A stretch of 63,606 nucleotides of DNA, counting the filler, from Candidatus Sysuiplasma jiujiangense (GTDB taxonomy: Archaea; Thermoplasmatota; Thermoplasmata; Sysuiplasmatales; Sysuiplasmataceae), in the NCBI GenBank assembly GCA_019721075.1. It is 4 parts of 4 records of this genome, joined end to end, with 100 filler letters (N's around TTAATTAATTAA, not from the genome) between each part and the next. Parts side by side here need not be neighbours in the genome. Positions count along the whole stretch, not along the records: positions 36,754 to 52,580 come from JAHEAD010000026.1; 3 more parts are not named here. The stretch is one strand, 5' to 3'. Shown here one piece after another: positions 38,078-48,942 of the stretch. The notes under the pieces were generated by a model. It saw nothing but the letters and a program-made list of their open reading frames with translations, ran no database searches and was not told the DNA's origin. Every line of letters begins with the position of its first letter. Positions within the stretch are counted from its first letter, which is position 1. The translations under genes were made by a program, and so were the position numbers.

Positions 38078-38925
38078 GACGTTTCTGGACGTGGCTTCTC
38101 ATCCTCCTTCTTCCTGATCAGCGCCCTGATGTATTCCGGATTGCCAAGCAAGTCCTGCACCTCCTTTTCGTATGCATCCGCCTCCTCCTGCCTCACGTTC
38201 TGCTTCCTCAGCACAGCCATTATGCTGTCCCTGTGCGCCGAGGTTATGGCGTCTATGCTCTCCTCGTTCTGCCTTGTGGCCTCCACAATGCTCTCAACCT
38301 TCCCCATCTTCCTTAGCTTGGCCACCTCAAGGAGCGTGTCCTTGAGCATCCTTGTCAGGTCATCCAGCACGGACTGGAACATGGCATACTTTGCCCTGTT
38401 GTAGTGAGCCCATGCGATGTTCACGAACCATGGAATGCTGGTGCCGTCCAGGTACCTGACCTCTATGCACCAGTACGTTATCCGGCCGTTTATCCTGCCG
38501 GATTCCAGCGTAAGCCCCGTTTCCTTCTCCACCAGCGACCAGATCTCGTCGCTGATGAATAGCCGGTCCCAGTCCATGAAATCGGAAGTTGGCACCATGA
38601 TGAACACGCCGTTCCTGGTGCGCAGGGTGCGGGAATAGAAGTATATCATGGGAACGTAGACAAGCACGGAAATCAGGGTATACGTGAGTCCCACAAGGTC
38701 ATATTCCACGTACGCAAGAATGATGCCTATGATGAGCTGCGGAAGCATCGTCCTGATGAGCGACCTGAAGGACACGAACTTCTGGAGCCTACCGATGTTC
38801 TCTCCGGATCTTGATCGCATGGCCTTCTTCAGGTCCTCGCGCCTCCTGTCTGCATCCGCCCCGGATTTCTCGAAGGCATTCTCGCGCCTTCTCTGCCAGA
38901 AGCCCCTGCCCATTGCATCCTTCAT
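38074..38925 (-). CDS. Two-TM coiled-coil membrane protein
   Basis: Ortholog of 3200-4048. Confidence 0.85.
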   Translation of the reverse strand: MKDAMGRGFWQRRRENAFEKSGADADRRREDLKKAMRSRSGENIGRLQKFVSFRSLIRTMLPQLIIGIILAYVEYDLVGLTYTLISVLVYVPMIYFYSRTLRTRNGVFIMVPTSDFMDWDRLFISDEIWSLVEKETGLTLESGRINGRITYWCIEVRYLDGTSIPWFVNIAWAHYNRAKYAMFQSVLDDLTRMLKDTLLEVAKLRKMGKVESIVEATRQNEESIDAITSAHRDSIMAVLRKQNVRQEEADAYEKEVQDLLGNPEYIRALIRKKEDEKPRPETS

Positions 38926-39758
38926 ATGCGGATCACCTCCCTCCTCTCCTTCTCAAGCAGGTATTTGCGGGCCGTGAACAGTGCGATCATGATGGCGAAG
39001 AACGACGCCACAAAAGCCCTGGCTATGCCGTACTCGTACTGCGAAAGAGTGTACTGCAGTGAAGGCGGCTGCGGGCCATAGTATTTCTGGATGGGTATTG
39101 TTGCCACGAGCTCATTAGGGAACTTGAATATCCCGTTTCCGAGACCAATGGTAACGGTGGCAGATGATCCGGATATGTTGAAATCCACGGTCCTGGAACC
39201 GTAAACGTGTCCTGACATTAGCTCCTGGCCGTTCAGGTATATGGAATATGAGACATTCTGCGTGCTCTGCATGGTAACTGACCAGTCGGGGTACATCAGT
39301 GCCCCTGATGTGCCTGGTGCCACTGTCAAGAACTGGTCCTGCCCCGGGTATGAGCTTGATACCGATACGGATTCTATGGCCTGGTTGGACAGCGGACCCG
39401 TGATTATGTCAGCAAAGGAATAGGATACGCCCTGGAAGACCAGCACGGCACTGGCAGTAGAACCGCCGGGCAGGTTCCACACGTATGTGAAATTGAAAAC
39501 ACCCAGTGAAACACCGGACTCCACCGCTGTGCCATTGACCTGGAACGTGAAAGATCCGGAACCGTACAGGTACACGTGCCAGTCCGGGTATACGGTTATG
39601 CCGGTCGAATTGACTGGAACGTAAAGGTCTTCATTTCCGGAACCGTAGGTCGAATAGATGATCACGTGACCTGAAGGCGGCGATGCATCCACAACCGGAG
39701 CGAATACAAGCCCGATAAGGGCTATGAACATTATGGAGGGTAGGATTATGCCCTTCAG
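38922..39758 (-). CDS. Secreted membrane-anchored protein; probable CTG start
   Basis: Ortholog of 4045-4884. Confidence 0.8.
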   Translation of the reverse strand: MKGIILPSIMFIALIGLVFAPVVDASPPSGHVIIYSTYGSGNEDLYVPVNSTGITVYPDWHVYLYGSGSFTFQVNGTAVESGVSLGVFNFTYVWNLPGGSTASAVLVFQGVSYSFADIITGPLSNQAIESVSVSSSYPGQDQFLTVAPGTSGALMYPDWSVTMQSTQNVSYSIYLNGQELMSGHVYGSRTVDFNISGSSATVTIGLGNGIFKFPNELVATIPIQKYYGPQPPSLQYTLSQYEYGIARAFVASFFAIMIALFTARKYLLEKERREVIRI

Positions 39759-40051
39759 GACCTTCCGCCCCCTCTATTCGGAGATTTAGGCAGGATATGG
39801 TTATGATCCAGGAATATTTTCCGCCTGATGTATTCCAGGATCCTTTTTTTCTTCTCCCTCAGCCTTGACGCGGAGGCAGCCATGGCGAGTATCAGGCCGG
39901 AGGTTACATTCGTGCCGGATCCGGAAGAGGGGAAGAAGAACTGGTGGAACATCTTCTCTATGGCGGGCAGCGTAAGGCCGAGCCTCGTCAGTATCCACAG
40001 CCCAATGACAAGGACAATGATGGCAATGGCGGCATCGGTTATCTTACCCAA
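39755..40051 (-). CDS. Small membrane protein
   Basis: Ortholog of 4881-5177; TTG start inferred from alignment. Confidence 0.8.
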   Translation of the reverse strand: MGKITDAAIAIIVLVIGLWILTRLGLTLPAIEKMFHQFFFPSSGSGTNVTSGLILAMAASASRLREKKKRILEYIRRKIFLDHNHILPKSPNRGGGRS

Positions 40052-40056
40052 TGCTC

Positions 40057-41133
40057 TCACTCCATCCTTGGGGCTATAAGGCCGCGTGTCTCTATTCGCT
40101 CATTATTAGGTCCGAGTCTCCTGATCATGGCGCTGAGAGGATAGTCAGCCTTGAGGTCCAGGCTTATCGCCATGCCGTTGTCAGTCTTCACCGTTCTCCT
40201 TGCCATCATGGTCTTGATCATGTTCCCGAGCATTTCCCGATCGAAGTTCGCTGTATGCCACGTATCGTCATTTACGCTGCTGGTGCTCTTTGAGGGCTGT
40301 GCAGTGAATTCCAGAACTGTTACTGTGTTCTTGTCAGGTGAATGAGAGTCCTTGAGTTGCCTTTCCCTTCCCGCTTCCTTCTCGTTAAATCCTGTGACCA
40401 GGACCCTGTTGCCCTTCATCTGGAAAGTTACAGTTTTACTGAACGGATCATCCTTGGCTGGCTTCCTGAGGAAAGCCATTAGGCTCACCAGGTTACCGCC
40501 ATCAATCTGCGCCTTCCATGAATTGGTCTCAAAGTCCAATTTTGGCATGTTGAATCTTGCAGCTGCTGGGTCTATTCCGGACTCAAGCGTGAACCTCTTA
40601 TCCTCACCCTGTTCTATGTGGTAGAAGTCGTTGGGCAGAGACGTGGGCAGAGTTTCCTCGACCATCATCACGTGTGAAGGGTCAACGCCGATATACCTCA
40701 TCTCTCCATTGTTGACGGATATCTTGGCATCGATGAAAAAATCCCTCAGCTGCTCATTTGTCATCTGGAGTTTTCCATTCTCTGTCAGGAGGCCTATGAG
40801 CTTTAACGCTTGATCCTTTTCTCGGCTGATGGTGCCGATGTGCGGAGTGTGATCGACAATATCATGTTTAGCCTCAGATTCCCCAGTTACAGGATGCGAT
40901 GGTTCCTGCGTGGCGGAAGCTGATGATGCTGCAGCCTCTGGAAGAATAGATTCGTACGGTGCATAAAGATCAAGGCGGGTGTTTGTTTCAATCAGCCTTG
41001 CCCTCTTGCCCTGCTTCCTCAGTGCCTGCACTTCATCGTATGCCAGGTCCCGCGATACCCCAAACGCCTGCCTCTTCTTCACCGGATATACTTTCCTCTC
41101 CTTTCCCTTTCCCCTTGTCCTGAATTCCGTCAT
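40057..41133 (-). CDS. Divergent PCNA-like clamp with N-terminal tag
   Basis: GVDPSHVMMV, DYPLS, LIAPRME. Confidence 0.7.
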   Translation of the reverse strand: MTEFRTRGKGKERKVYPVKKRQAFGVSRDLAYDEVQALRKQGKRARLIETNTRLDLYAPYESILPEAAASSASATQEPSHPVTGESEAKHDIVDHTPHIGTISREKDQALKLIGLLTENGKLQMTNEQLRDFFIDAKISVNNGEMRYIGVDPSHVMMVEETLPTSLPNDFYHIEQGEDKRFTLESGIDPAAARFNMPKLDFETNSWKAQIDGGNLVSLMAFLRKPAKDDPFSKTVTFQMKGNRVLVTGFNEKEAGRERQLKDSHSPDKNTVTVLEFTAQPSKSTSSVNDDTWHTANFDREMLGNMIKTMMARRTVKTDNGMAISLDLKADYPLSAMIRRLGPNNERIETRGLIAPRME

Positions 41134-41495
41134 TTCTTTCTTCCTCCAATTCTTGCCTTTCCGCCTGTGTTGAAACTTCCAATATCGAAATAAAACACCG
41201 TGGCCGACTCCTTTCCCGAACTGTAAAATGATACTGATTCCTCCCCGAGGTAAATCCGGTCTATGCCTGAGAGCCTCATTCCATTGATGCTGAATTCCCT
41301 GGGAGACCCTGAGAATTCGAAGGGCTCATCGCTGCTGTTCACAAACCCCTCCAATCTTGCAATCCTTGAGATTTTCTCCGGAGGCCATCTCATCAGGTCC
41401 CGGGCAGAGGCTTTCCTCTCCGGCGCCAGCTTCCTCTTTGTAACCGGTATCACCCGCTTCCTGCCATTCCTGGTCACTGTCCTGAACTCCGGCAT
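41130..41495 (-). CDS. Tagged small basic protein
   Basis: MPEFRTVTRNGRKRVIPV. Confidence 0.8.
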   Translation of the reverse strand: MPEFRTVTRNGRKRVIPVTKRKLAPERKASARDLMRWPPEKISRIARLEGFVNSSDEPFEFSGSPREFSINGMRLSGIDRIYLGEESVSFYSSGKESATVFYFDIGSFNTGGKARIGGRKK

Positions 41496-41497
41496 GA

Positions 41498-41830
41498 TCA
41501 GGCCTCCTCGAATCTGCCCCTGGCAATATAGGCAATGTCAGAATCGATGACGCGCTCCATTCTCTCGTTTCCCTGGTACTTTGTCCTGAGGACCGAGAGT
41601 TCGGTCAGTGTGTCCGATTTCCCGTATTTCTCCACCGCCCTGGTGAGTGCTTTTTTCCTCAGATCGTCCGCCAGGTCCACAGCATAACCTGCCATTGATA
41701 GCCCGTGGATGTGGATCTTCTTCAGGTCAGCCTGTGAGACCCTCTTGGTGATTCCAGAGAATTTTCTGTTATTGACTGGCACTGCCTGACTCTTCCCCCT
41801 GTATTTCCTTGTTATCCATCCGTTAGTCAC
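41498..41830 (-). CDS. Tagged small basic helical protein
   Basis: MTNGWITRKYRGKSQAVPV; ortholog of 6591-6914. Confidence 0.8.
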   Translation of the reverse strand: MTNGWITRKYRGKSQAVPVNNRKFSGITKRVSQADLKKIHIHGLSMAGYAVDLADDLRKKALTRAVEKYGKSDTLTELSVLRTKYQGNERMERVIDSDIAYIARGRFEEA

Positions 41831-42167
41831 TTCTCTTCCCTCCAGACACGTATCTGATATCCTGCACGATCTTCGCCTTCATCTGCGGCCTGTTGTAATC
41901 AAGCCGGTACAGTTCACCCAGTTTCCTCAGGACTTCCTTCATGCCGTACTTCTGCACTGCCCTGTTAAGAGCCGCATGCTTCTGTTGAACGGGCGCGGAG
42001 ATGTGATATCCCAGTCCAGTCAGGGAACCGGGATGCTTTACTCCTACACCCGTCAGGTCCTCTATCTCCCTTGGGGTCAACAGTCTCACAATCGCCGTCT
42101 TTCTGGTGCCCATTGGCACCACGCGCTTCTTTCCCTTTCTCTCTATTGTCCTAAACTTTGTTGCCAT
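41823..42167 (-). CDS. Tagged small basic helical protein
   Basis: MATKFRTIERKGKKRVVPM; ortholog of 6907-7251. Confidence 0.8.
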   Translation of the reverse strand: MATKFRTIERKGKKRVVPMGTRKTAIVRLLTPREIEDLTGVGVKHPGSLTGLGYHISAPVQQKHAALNRAVQKYGMKEVLRKLGELYRLDYNRPQMKAKIVQDIRYVSGGKRSD

Positions 42168-42175
42168 TCTTTCAC

Positions 42176-45100
42176 CTACTTCTTTGTGTCCAGCTGGTAT
42201 GTGTGCGTCTTGCCGCCGCTGGTGGCGACAACGTCTATTGGCGGCTTCCTCAGCTGCATCGCCGCAATCCCTATTCCCGAGAGCGTCAGTATGATGATCA
42301 AAAAGTTAGGCAGCCCCCCGAAGAATGATATCACCGTGCCGAGCGATATGGGATTCTGCGACAGGATCGATGATACGGTGAATGGCATGGTGATGCTGTT
42401 TGAGGCGGAATCGTTGTTGAATGCCACCACCCTTATGCCGTACGTACCGGAATTGTAATTGCCCTGATCCATGGTGAGGTTGAAGTATGCCACCTCGCCG
42501 CCCTGCGGTGTGTATGATGAATTGATCTCGACAGGCGAGATCATGGTTGTACCAAGGAATGCCTCAACTGCCGTTATGCCATGGAGGCTCTGAACCTTGA
42601 TTGTGTAGTACGTCATCGGTCCTGCAGCCGATTTCGTGTATGACAGCACGATGCTGCTGTTTGTCTCCTGCGGCAGAACCTGGATATTACGAGTGACAGA
42701 TGCTGCTGCACCAAGGCTGTCTGTAACCGTGACTCTTACCGAGTAATTGCCAGGATTCTGGAAATAATACAGTACTGATTGACCCGAATCCGAGGTTCCA
42801 TTGATGTCCCATGCATAGGTGAATGAGTTACTGTCCGGTGCTTTTGCAGTGGCATTCAGGGATAGCATTGTGTCTACGGGTATGATGGATGGGGGGCTGA
42901 AGGAAACTGATGGTATTGCGGGTACCATCCTCACTGTCAGATATTGGGTCCATGACTTTCCAGAACCGTAGTTCAAGGTCGCAATCACCGTGTTGATCTC
43001 ATTATACACTGGGAATTTGTAGGAGATATTCATCCCAGTAACAGTCTGGCCGTTGGGGAATGACCATGACATATTGTAAGGGCCTTTAGCATCCCAGTTT
43101 GGAATCGCCGTGAAATGGAATGTCTGAGTGATATTCAGGCCAGACGAATACTCAAATGACACCGGTGGCGGGAGACTCGTTATGGTGATGTTCTCCTCAC
43201 CAGTCGCCCCGTTTGCGCTTGTAACTTTGAAAGTGACCGAGTAATTTCCCGGCTGGAAGCTGTATGCCGGATTCTGCTGCAATGAGTGCTGGCCGTTTCC
43301 AAAAGACCAGTTGTAGGCATAGTCTGATCCTCCAAGGACGGATGATGAGAATTGCACGGCAAGAGGCCCCAGCCCGGAAGTGGTGTTGGCAGCAATGGCA
43401 ACGAAGAGATGCACATCGACAGTGAAGTTCTGCGTATCGGTGTAGCCGGATGAATCCGTCACCTGCGTTTCAATGGTATCCGGTCCGGACGACGAGAATG
43501 CATGCGTGACGTTGTTCCCGCTGATCTGTTCGCCGCTGGGGAAATACCACTGTATTGCATATGGGGCAATTCCGCCGGATATGTTCAGCGACAGGGGTTC
43601 CTCGATGGATGCCCGAATATAGGTTGGCGCGACAAAGCTTGCATGCGGGTCAGCATATACGGTCTCGTTGACGCTGGCAATGGCTTCCCTTCCGAATGCA
43701 TCGGTCACGGTGAGCTGTATGCTATATGCTCCGGATGATGAGAAGGAGTAAACCAGTGTAGCATTGGTGTAAGTATGCCCGGCTATGAGCCATGAATAAC
43801 CGTAAGGGCCAGTTCCGCCGGATAGTATACCCCTGAATGAAATGGGCACATTCGCGTCAGTCTTGTTTGTCGGGGTAACTATGGTCACCGTTGGGTTTGC
43901 TCTTACCACTATGGTGGAAGAGAGTTCAATACTCTCAGCCATTGAATCGTTCACGTATGCAGTGATGTCATACGTGCCTGGAATGGTAAAGTACTGCGCA
44001 TACGAGTCTGAGGAAGAGACGACCGCCCCGTTGATCATGATCACGTAAGTATACGGACCCGTCCCGTTGGCTGCAGTCAGGGACAGCGTATCTGTGATGT
44101 TGGTGTCCACTGTGGCGTATTGCCTGCTGAGAGTCGCAGACAGTCCCGGTTCCACCGTAATGCTCACGACCGCCGTTGCTCTCTCACCGAGGGCATCGGT
44201 GACTATCAGGGTGATGTTGTAGTCTCCCGGCTGGAAGGAATACGTGAAGTTCTCCTGCGACGATGCGGCATTGCCGTTTATTTCCCAGAGATAGTAGTAT
44301 ACCGGAGTTCCGCCGGCTACGCCGGAAGTGAACGTGTCCGACTGCCCGGAGTCGATCCTGGAATGCAGCGGCGAGATTGAAGCGGTCATGGGTGTGTTCA
44401 CAGTGATGCTCAGGGATGCACTGCCGGTGTTGCCGAAAGAGTCGCTGACGACCAGTGTAACGGTGTATGAGCCGGCTGATACAAACGTGTGGGATATGAT
44501 CGAACCATAGCCTATTACCGATCCGGAAAGTTCCCATGTGTAGTTATACGGCATGGTTCCGCCGGAAACTCCCGAGAGGAAGGAAACGGACATGCCCTGG
44601 TCCACAATGGTCCTGTTAGCCAGTATGCTTGGGACGGGAAGCCCGAAAACCGTGATGGTAGCGGGAGAAGAGGTTGTGCTGCCGTCAGCGTCCCTCAGTA
44701 TGACCTTGACAGAATACGAGCCTGCAGTAGTGAACGCATATGAAAGGGAGCTGCCATATCCTGCGGTTTGACCGTTAATCTCCCACGTGTAGTTGTAAGG
44801 AAGTGTACCATAACTACCTGTCGCGCTGAACAAGTCCTTGACGTTCACGTCAATGGCGGAATGGGAGGCAGACATTGACACCTCCGGCGGCGGGTTTATG
44901 GTCACATTGGTATAGGCTGTGACGCTGTTGCCAGCGAAATCCGTAATCCTGACCTCAATCTCCATGGTGCCTTCGGAGTTGAAGGTGTATGTCAGGTTCG
45001 GCTGCGACCCCACTTCAGACCCTCCTATGGTCCAGGAGTAGGTGTACGGAGAGGAACCGCCGGAGGCCGTGGCTGAAAATGAACCGACAAGCCCAGGGTC

Positions 45101-48100
45101 TCCAGATGATACGGATGATGAGATAGATAAAGTGGGCCTGCTTGACACCGTCACAAGGAGGTATGACGTGGCGGACGCATCCTGCGAATCGACCGCCTTG
45201 ATCGACACATTGTAAGTTCCCGGTGAGGTAAAAGAATAGCTCAGGTACAATCCTGATGAGGAGGGCGTAACGTTCACGCCGTTGACGAACCAGTAGAAAT
45301 TGTACGGTTCGGTGCCATAGGTCGCATTGCCCGTGAAGGTGGCCAGGGTGGATACATCCGTTTTATCCGGCCCGTTGATGGATATAGACGGTTTCTGGAT
45401 GACACTGATGCTAACCGATGTTGTGTAAGATTCTCCCAAGCTGTCTTTCACCACCAGCTTGATTGCCTGTGTGCCGGTATCGGGGAATGCCATGTGGAAG
45501 CTCTGCGAGTAGTTCACCACGGTAGGCCCGTCATACCATGTGTAGTTGAAGGGGTACGTCCCCCCGTTCACGTTGGCCGTGAAAGTGTCGTTCACGCCCT
45601 GATCAACCGTAGCGTATTCAGAGGAAATTGTTGCTGCCGGATCCGCATTGACTGTTTGGGTCAGGGATGCGGATGCAGTATTACCGTTGGCGTCCCGCAC
45701 AGTCAGGAGCACAGAATATGAACCTGCGGAGGTGAAGGTGTACTGGAAGGAGGATGCGTAGGACACCACCACCGAATTGATCTCCCATGTGTAGTTATAC
45801 GGTGTGGTTCCGCCGGTTGGGGATGATGAGAAGGAGACAGGCACGCCGGCGTCCGTTGGTGCGGGAGATGATGAGATGGTCACGGAGGGATCGGAGTTCA
45901 CCGTCTCAGTGAAAGAGTAGGAGGATGCGTCGCCAAGGCTGTCCTTTACGGTGACATTGACATAGTATGTTCCCGGTGAGGAGAAGGTGTAGTCCAGGCT
46001 CTGGGAGGTGGATGACTGGGTCGCACTGTTGACATACCACGTATAGGAGAAGGAGCCTGTGCCCTGCGCGGCTGATGCGGTGAATGTAACGGAATTGCCA
46101 ACATCGGTGGGATTCTGTGAACTGCTTATGCTCACTGTCGGGTCTGCATTGACTGTTTCCGTCAGCGTCGATGACGTTGCGGTGTTTCCGATGCCGTCCG
46201 TCAGGATAACGTAAATGGCGTCAGTTCCGGACGAACCGAAGGAGGTGGTGTAAGTCGATGACGTTGCACCGCTTACCGCTGCCCCGTTCAGGTACCACTG
46301 GTACGTATATGATCCGGATCCCCCGGACCCTGATGCGGTGAATGTTACGCTGTTCCCGACATCGGTTGGGTTCTGTGAACTCGAAATTGAGACAGAGGGA
46401 TCGGCGTTCACGGTTTCATCCAGCGTTGAGGAAGTGGCTGAATTGCCCACGCCATCCTTGATTGTGACATATATAGAGTCAGTTCCGGACGAGCTGAAAG
46501 AGGTGGAGTAGGTGGATGCAGTGGCTCCGGATACGGCATTCGAGTTGAGGTACCACTGGTACGAATACGAACCTGATCCACCGGATGGGGATGCAGTGAA
46601 CGTCACTGAGTTGCCCACGTCGGCTGGATTCTGGGAACTTGCTATGCTCACTGAAGGGTCCGAATAAACGGTTTCGGTGAGGGAAGCACTTGCTGTATGT
46701 CCGTCACCATCCGTTACAGTGACTTCAATTGTATATGACCCGGAAGAACTGAAAGAATAGCTCAGAGTTGAACCTGAGCCCTCTGACGCCCCGTTAACAG
46801 TCCATGCGTACGATATTGTGCCAGTGCCTCCGCTCTCGGAAGCCGTGAACGTCACTGAGTTGCTAACGTCGGTAGGGTTCTGGCTGCTTGACACCGACAC
46901 TGAGGGGTTGTTGTTGATCGTAACCGATACAGAGGCGGAATAAGTTTCGCCGAGGCTATCCGTCACCGTAACCGTGACGGTGTACGATCCGGCGGAGGAG
47001 AAGGAATAGGAGAAGTCCTGGGAAGTGGATACCTGCGTGCCTCCAATTGTCCATGAATAGGTATACGGGGAAGTCCCTCCGGAAGGCGAGGCTGAGAATG
47101 TGATTGAGTATCCCACGTCAGCCGTTGTTGTGCTTGCAGATGCTGAAACCGTTGGGTCGGAGTTCACCGTTTCATCTATTGTATTTGAGTTGACAGTGTA
47201 TCCGGCTCCATCTGTCAAGGAAACGTAATAACTATAGGTTCCCGAGGAAGAATAATCCCCGGGTGAATATGTGGACGAGGTTGCACCGCTAATTGCATTA
47301 CTGTTGGCGTACCACTGGTATGAATATGATCCGGAGCCTCCTGATGGCGATGCCGTAAGGGTTATGCTTTTTCCAACATCAGTGGGGTTCTGTGAACTCG
47401 AAATTGAGACAGAGGGATCGGAGTTCACCGTCTCGGTGATAGTATTCGACATGACAGAATAGCCGCTGTTATCCACATAGACAACGAAGATGGAATACGT
47501 GCCGGCAGATAATGAGGTACTGTATGACGATCCCGTGCCGATCTGGTCCGACGTTGATCCGGAATACCATGTGTACGATCCTCCCCCGGAACCGCCTGAT
47601 ACTGAGGAACTGAATGTGATCTGCTGGCTGGCATCCGCCGGGTTCAGGCTGGTCGAGGCGCTTACTGAGGGGTCGGAGTTCACAGTTATGGTGAGGGTGT
47701 TGGAATTGACCCCGTATCCGGCGCTGTCAGAGAGATGGACATAAACATAATAAGTGCCGGCAGAAGGGAAGGAATAGGACGGGTTCTGAGAGGTGGAAAA
47801 TGATGAATAGGACCCGCCGGACGGTTCCTCGTACCATGTGTAGCTGTACGGTGTTGTTCCTCCGGAAGGCGAGGATGAGAATGAAATGCTCTGCCCCGCA
47901 TCAACGGTCTGGACATTTGCCGAAGCGGATATTGTCGGGTCTGAGTTCACTGTCAGCGTCGTGGAAACTGTCGACGTTGATCCGGCATCCGTTGAATAGT
48001 ACAGGTATTCCGTTCCACCCGACCCACCGGAGTAAGTAGGGTTTGAGGAACTGCTTGAAACCAGTCCGGACCAGTGGTAAGTGCCGCCGTTGACGTCATT

Positions 48101-48631
48101 CGATGAAACACCGCTGGCGGAAAATGTGGTGGTCTGCCCTGCATCCACCGGATTGGGTGAGGCTGACACCGAAGAAAGAGTGGGGCCAGCAGGGCTGCCC
48201 GAATAGGTTCCAGTCTCGTCATATGTGTTGTAACCGGATGTCTTGCCGGTTACTGCTACGGTCACACTTCCGGGCGTTGAGTAGCCCGGAACGCCGCCCC
48301 ATGAAAGGGTGACGGTGAATGCGGAAGTAGTGTCCACTACCGTGATTGTTCCAGAGCTGCCTGGTGCTGGGGCGATGGTGTTTTCTCCATAAGTTGACGA
48401 AGCTGACCAGCTTGATATCTCAGATGAAAGACCACTTTCGGAAACACTCAGGTAGGCATAATAATCAGAACCACCTCCACCGCCTCCTGGCCGGCTAAAT
48501 GGGTTATAGGATGCAATCTGCTGCTCCGCAGGAGCAAGAACTACGAGCAACATCAGGGATGCGAATATCACCGCGATGGGAATGACGTATCTCTTCTTTC
48601 CTTTCAGGGAACGCACAATAATGGATTTCAC
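42176..48631 (-). CDS. Giant PKD/Ig-repeat surface protein (2151 aa)
   Basis: Signal peptide, tandem PKD-like repeats, C-terminal TM. Confidence 0.9.
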   Translation of the reverse strand: MKSIIVRSLKGKKRYVIPIAVIFASLMLLVVLAPAEQQIASYNPFSRPGGGGGGSDYYAYLSVSESGLSSEISSWSASSTYGENTIAPAPGSSGTITVVDTTSAFTVTLSWGGVPGYSTPGSVTVAVTGKTSGYNTYDETGTYSGSPAGPTLSSVSASPNPVDAGQTTTFSASGVSSNDVNGGTYHWSGLVSSSSSNPTYSGGSGGTEYLYYSTDAGSTSTVSTTLTVNSDPTISASANVQTVDAGQSISFSSSPSGGTTPYSYTWYEEPSGGSYSSFSTSQNPSYSFPSAGTYYVYVHLSDSAGYGVNSNTLTITVNSDPSVSASTSLNPADASQQITFSSSVSGGSGGGSYTWYSGSTSDQIGTGSSYSTSLSAGTYSIFVVYVDNSGYSVMSNTITETVNSDPSVSISSSQNPTDVGKSITLTASPSGGSGSYSYQWYANSNAISGATSSTYSPGDYSSSGTYSYYVSLTDGAGYTVNSNTIDETVNSDPTVSASASTTTADVGYSITFSASPSGGTSPYTYSWTIGGTQVSTSQDFSYSFSSAGSYTVTVTVTDSLGETYSASVSVTINNNPSVSVSSSQNPTDVSNSVTFTASESGGTGTISYAWTVNGASEGSGSTLSYSFSSSGSYTIEVTVTDGDGHTASASLTETVYSDPSVSIASSQNPADVGNSVTFTASPSGGSGSYSYQWYLNSNAVSGATASTYSTSFSSSGTDSIYVTIKDGVGNSATSSTLDETVNADPSVSISSSQNPTDVGNSVTFTASGSGGSGSYTYQWYLNGAAVSGATSSTYTTSFGSSGTDAIYVILTDGIGNTATSSTLTETVNADPTVSISSSQNPTDVGNSVTFTASAAQGTGSFSYTWYVNSATQSSTSQSLDYTFSSPGTYYVNVTVKDSLGDASSYSFTETVNSDPSVTISSSPAPTDAGVPVSFSSSPTGGTTPYNYTWEINSVVVSYASSFQYTFTSAGSYSVLLTVRDANGNTASASLTQTVNADPAATISSEYATVDQGVNDTFTANVNGGTYPFNYTWYDGPTVVNYSQSFHMAFPDTGTQAIKLVVKDSLGESYTTSVSISVIQKPSISINGPDKTDVSTLATFTGNATYGTEPYNFYWFVNGVNVTPSSSGLYLSYSFTSPGTYNVSIKAVDSQDASATSYLLVTVSSRPTLSISSSVSSGDPGLVGSFSATASGGSSPYTYSWTIGGSEVGSQPNLTYTFNSEGTMEIEVRITDFAGNSVTAYTNVTINPPPEVSMSASHSAIDVNVKDLFSATGSYGTLPYNYTWEINGQTAGYGSSLSYAFTTAGSYSVKVILRDADGSTTSSPATITVFGLPVPSILANRTIVDQGMSVSFLSGVSGGTMPYNYTWELSGSVIGYGSIISHTFVSAGSYTVTLVVSDSFGNTGSASLSITVNTPMTASISPLHSRIDSGQSDTFTSGVAGGTPVYYYLWEINGNAASSQENFTYSFQPGDYNITLIVTDALGERATAVVSITVEPGLSATLSRQYATVDTNITDTLSLTAANGTGPYTYVIMINGAVVSSSDSYAQYFTIPGTYDITAYVNDSMAESIELSSTIVVRANPTVTIVTPTNKTDANVPISFRGILSGGTGPYGYSWLIAGHTYTNATLVYSFSSSGAYSIQLTVTDAFGREAIASVNETVYADPHASFVAPTYIRASIEEPLSLNISGGIAPYAIQWYFPSGEQISGNNVTHAFSSSGPDTIETQVTDSSGYTDTQNFTVDVHLFVAIAANTTSGLGPLAVQFSSSVLGGSDYAYNWSFGNGQHSLQQNPAYSFQPGNYSVTFKVTSANGATGEENITITSLPPPVSFEYSSGLNITQTFHFTAIPNWDAKGPYNMSWSFPNGQTVTGMNISYKFPVYNEINTVIATLNYGSGKSWTQYLTVRMVPAIPSVSFSPPSIIPVDTMLSLNATAKAPDSNSFTYAWDINGTSDSGQSVLYYFQNPGNYSVRVTVTDSLGAAASVTRNIQVLPQETNSSIVLSYTKSAAGPMTYYTIKVQSLHGITAVEAFLGTTMISPVEINSSYTPQGGEVAYFNLTMDQGNYNSGTYGIRVVAFNNDSASNSITMPFTVSSILSQNPISLGTVISFFGGLPNFLIIILTLSGIGIAAMQLRKPPIDVVATSGGKTHTYQLDTKK

Positions 48632-48942
48632 GCCACCGCCCCCACTACCGGAATGTCATGCAGGACCATCATGAAGATCAGTGCGAAGGAGAAGAACGAA
48701 AAGAGCAGTATGACGAATACTGGCAGGGACAGGATACCAAGGCCCGTTACTGCCTGGACAAACATGCCCACAATGCCGGATACTATACCCTCAATGACGG
48801 AAAACAGCAGGTTGACTAGTTCAGCAAGGTAATACAATGCCATGGCGAAGAAATAGAGAATGATCTGGATCACGTTGTTTATGGCATCGAGGGGGTTCAG
48901 CCAGGAAATCAGTGACGGAGGGCTTACGCCATAGTATGACAT
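48628..48942 (-). CDS. Small hydrophobic protein (paralog 3)
   Basis: Ortholog of 12700-13014. Confidence 0.8.
   Translation of the reverse strand: MSYYGVSPPSLISWLNPLDAINNVIQIILYFFAMALYYLAELVNLLFSVIEGIVSGIVGMFVQAVTGLGILSLPVFVILLFSFFSFALIFMMVLHDIPVVGAVA

Noticed and set aside
42176..48631. Periodic DNA repeats suggestive of a CRISPR array or DGR
   Set aside because: They are degenerate in-frame PKD domain repeats; no cas or reverse transcriptase gene is seen
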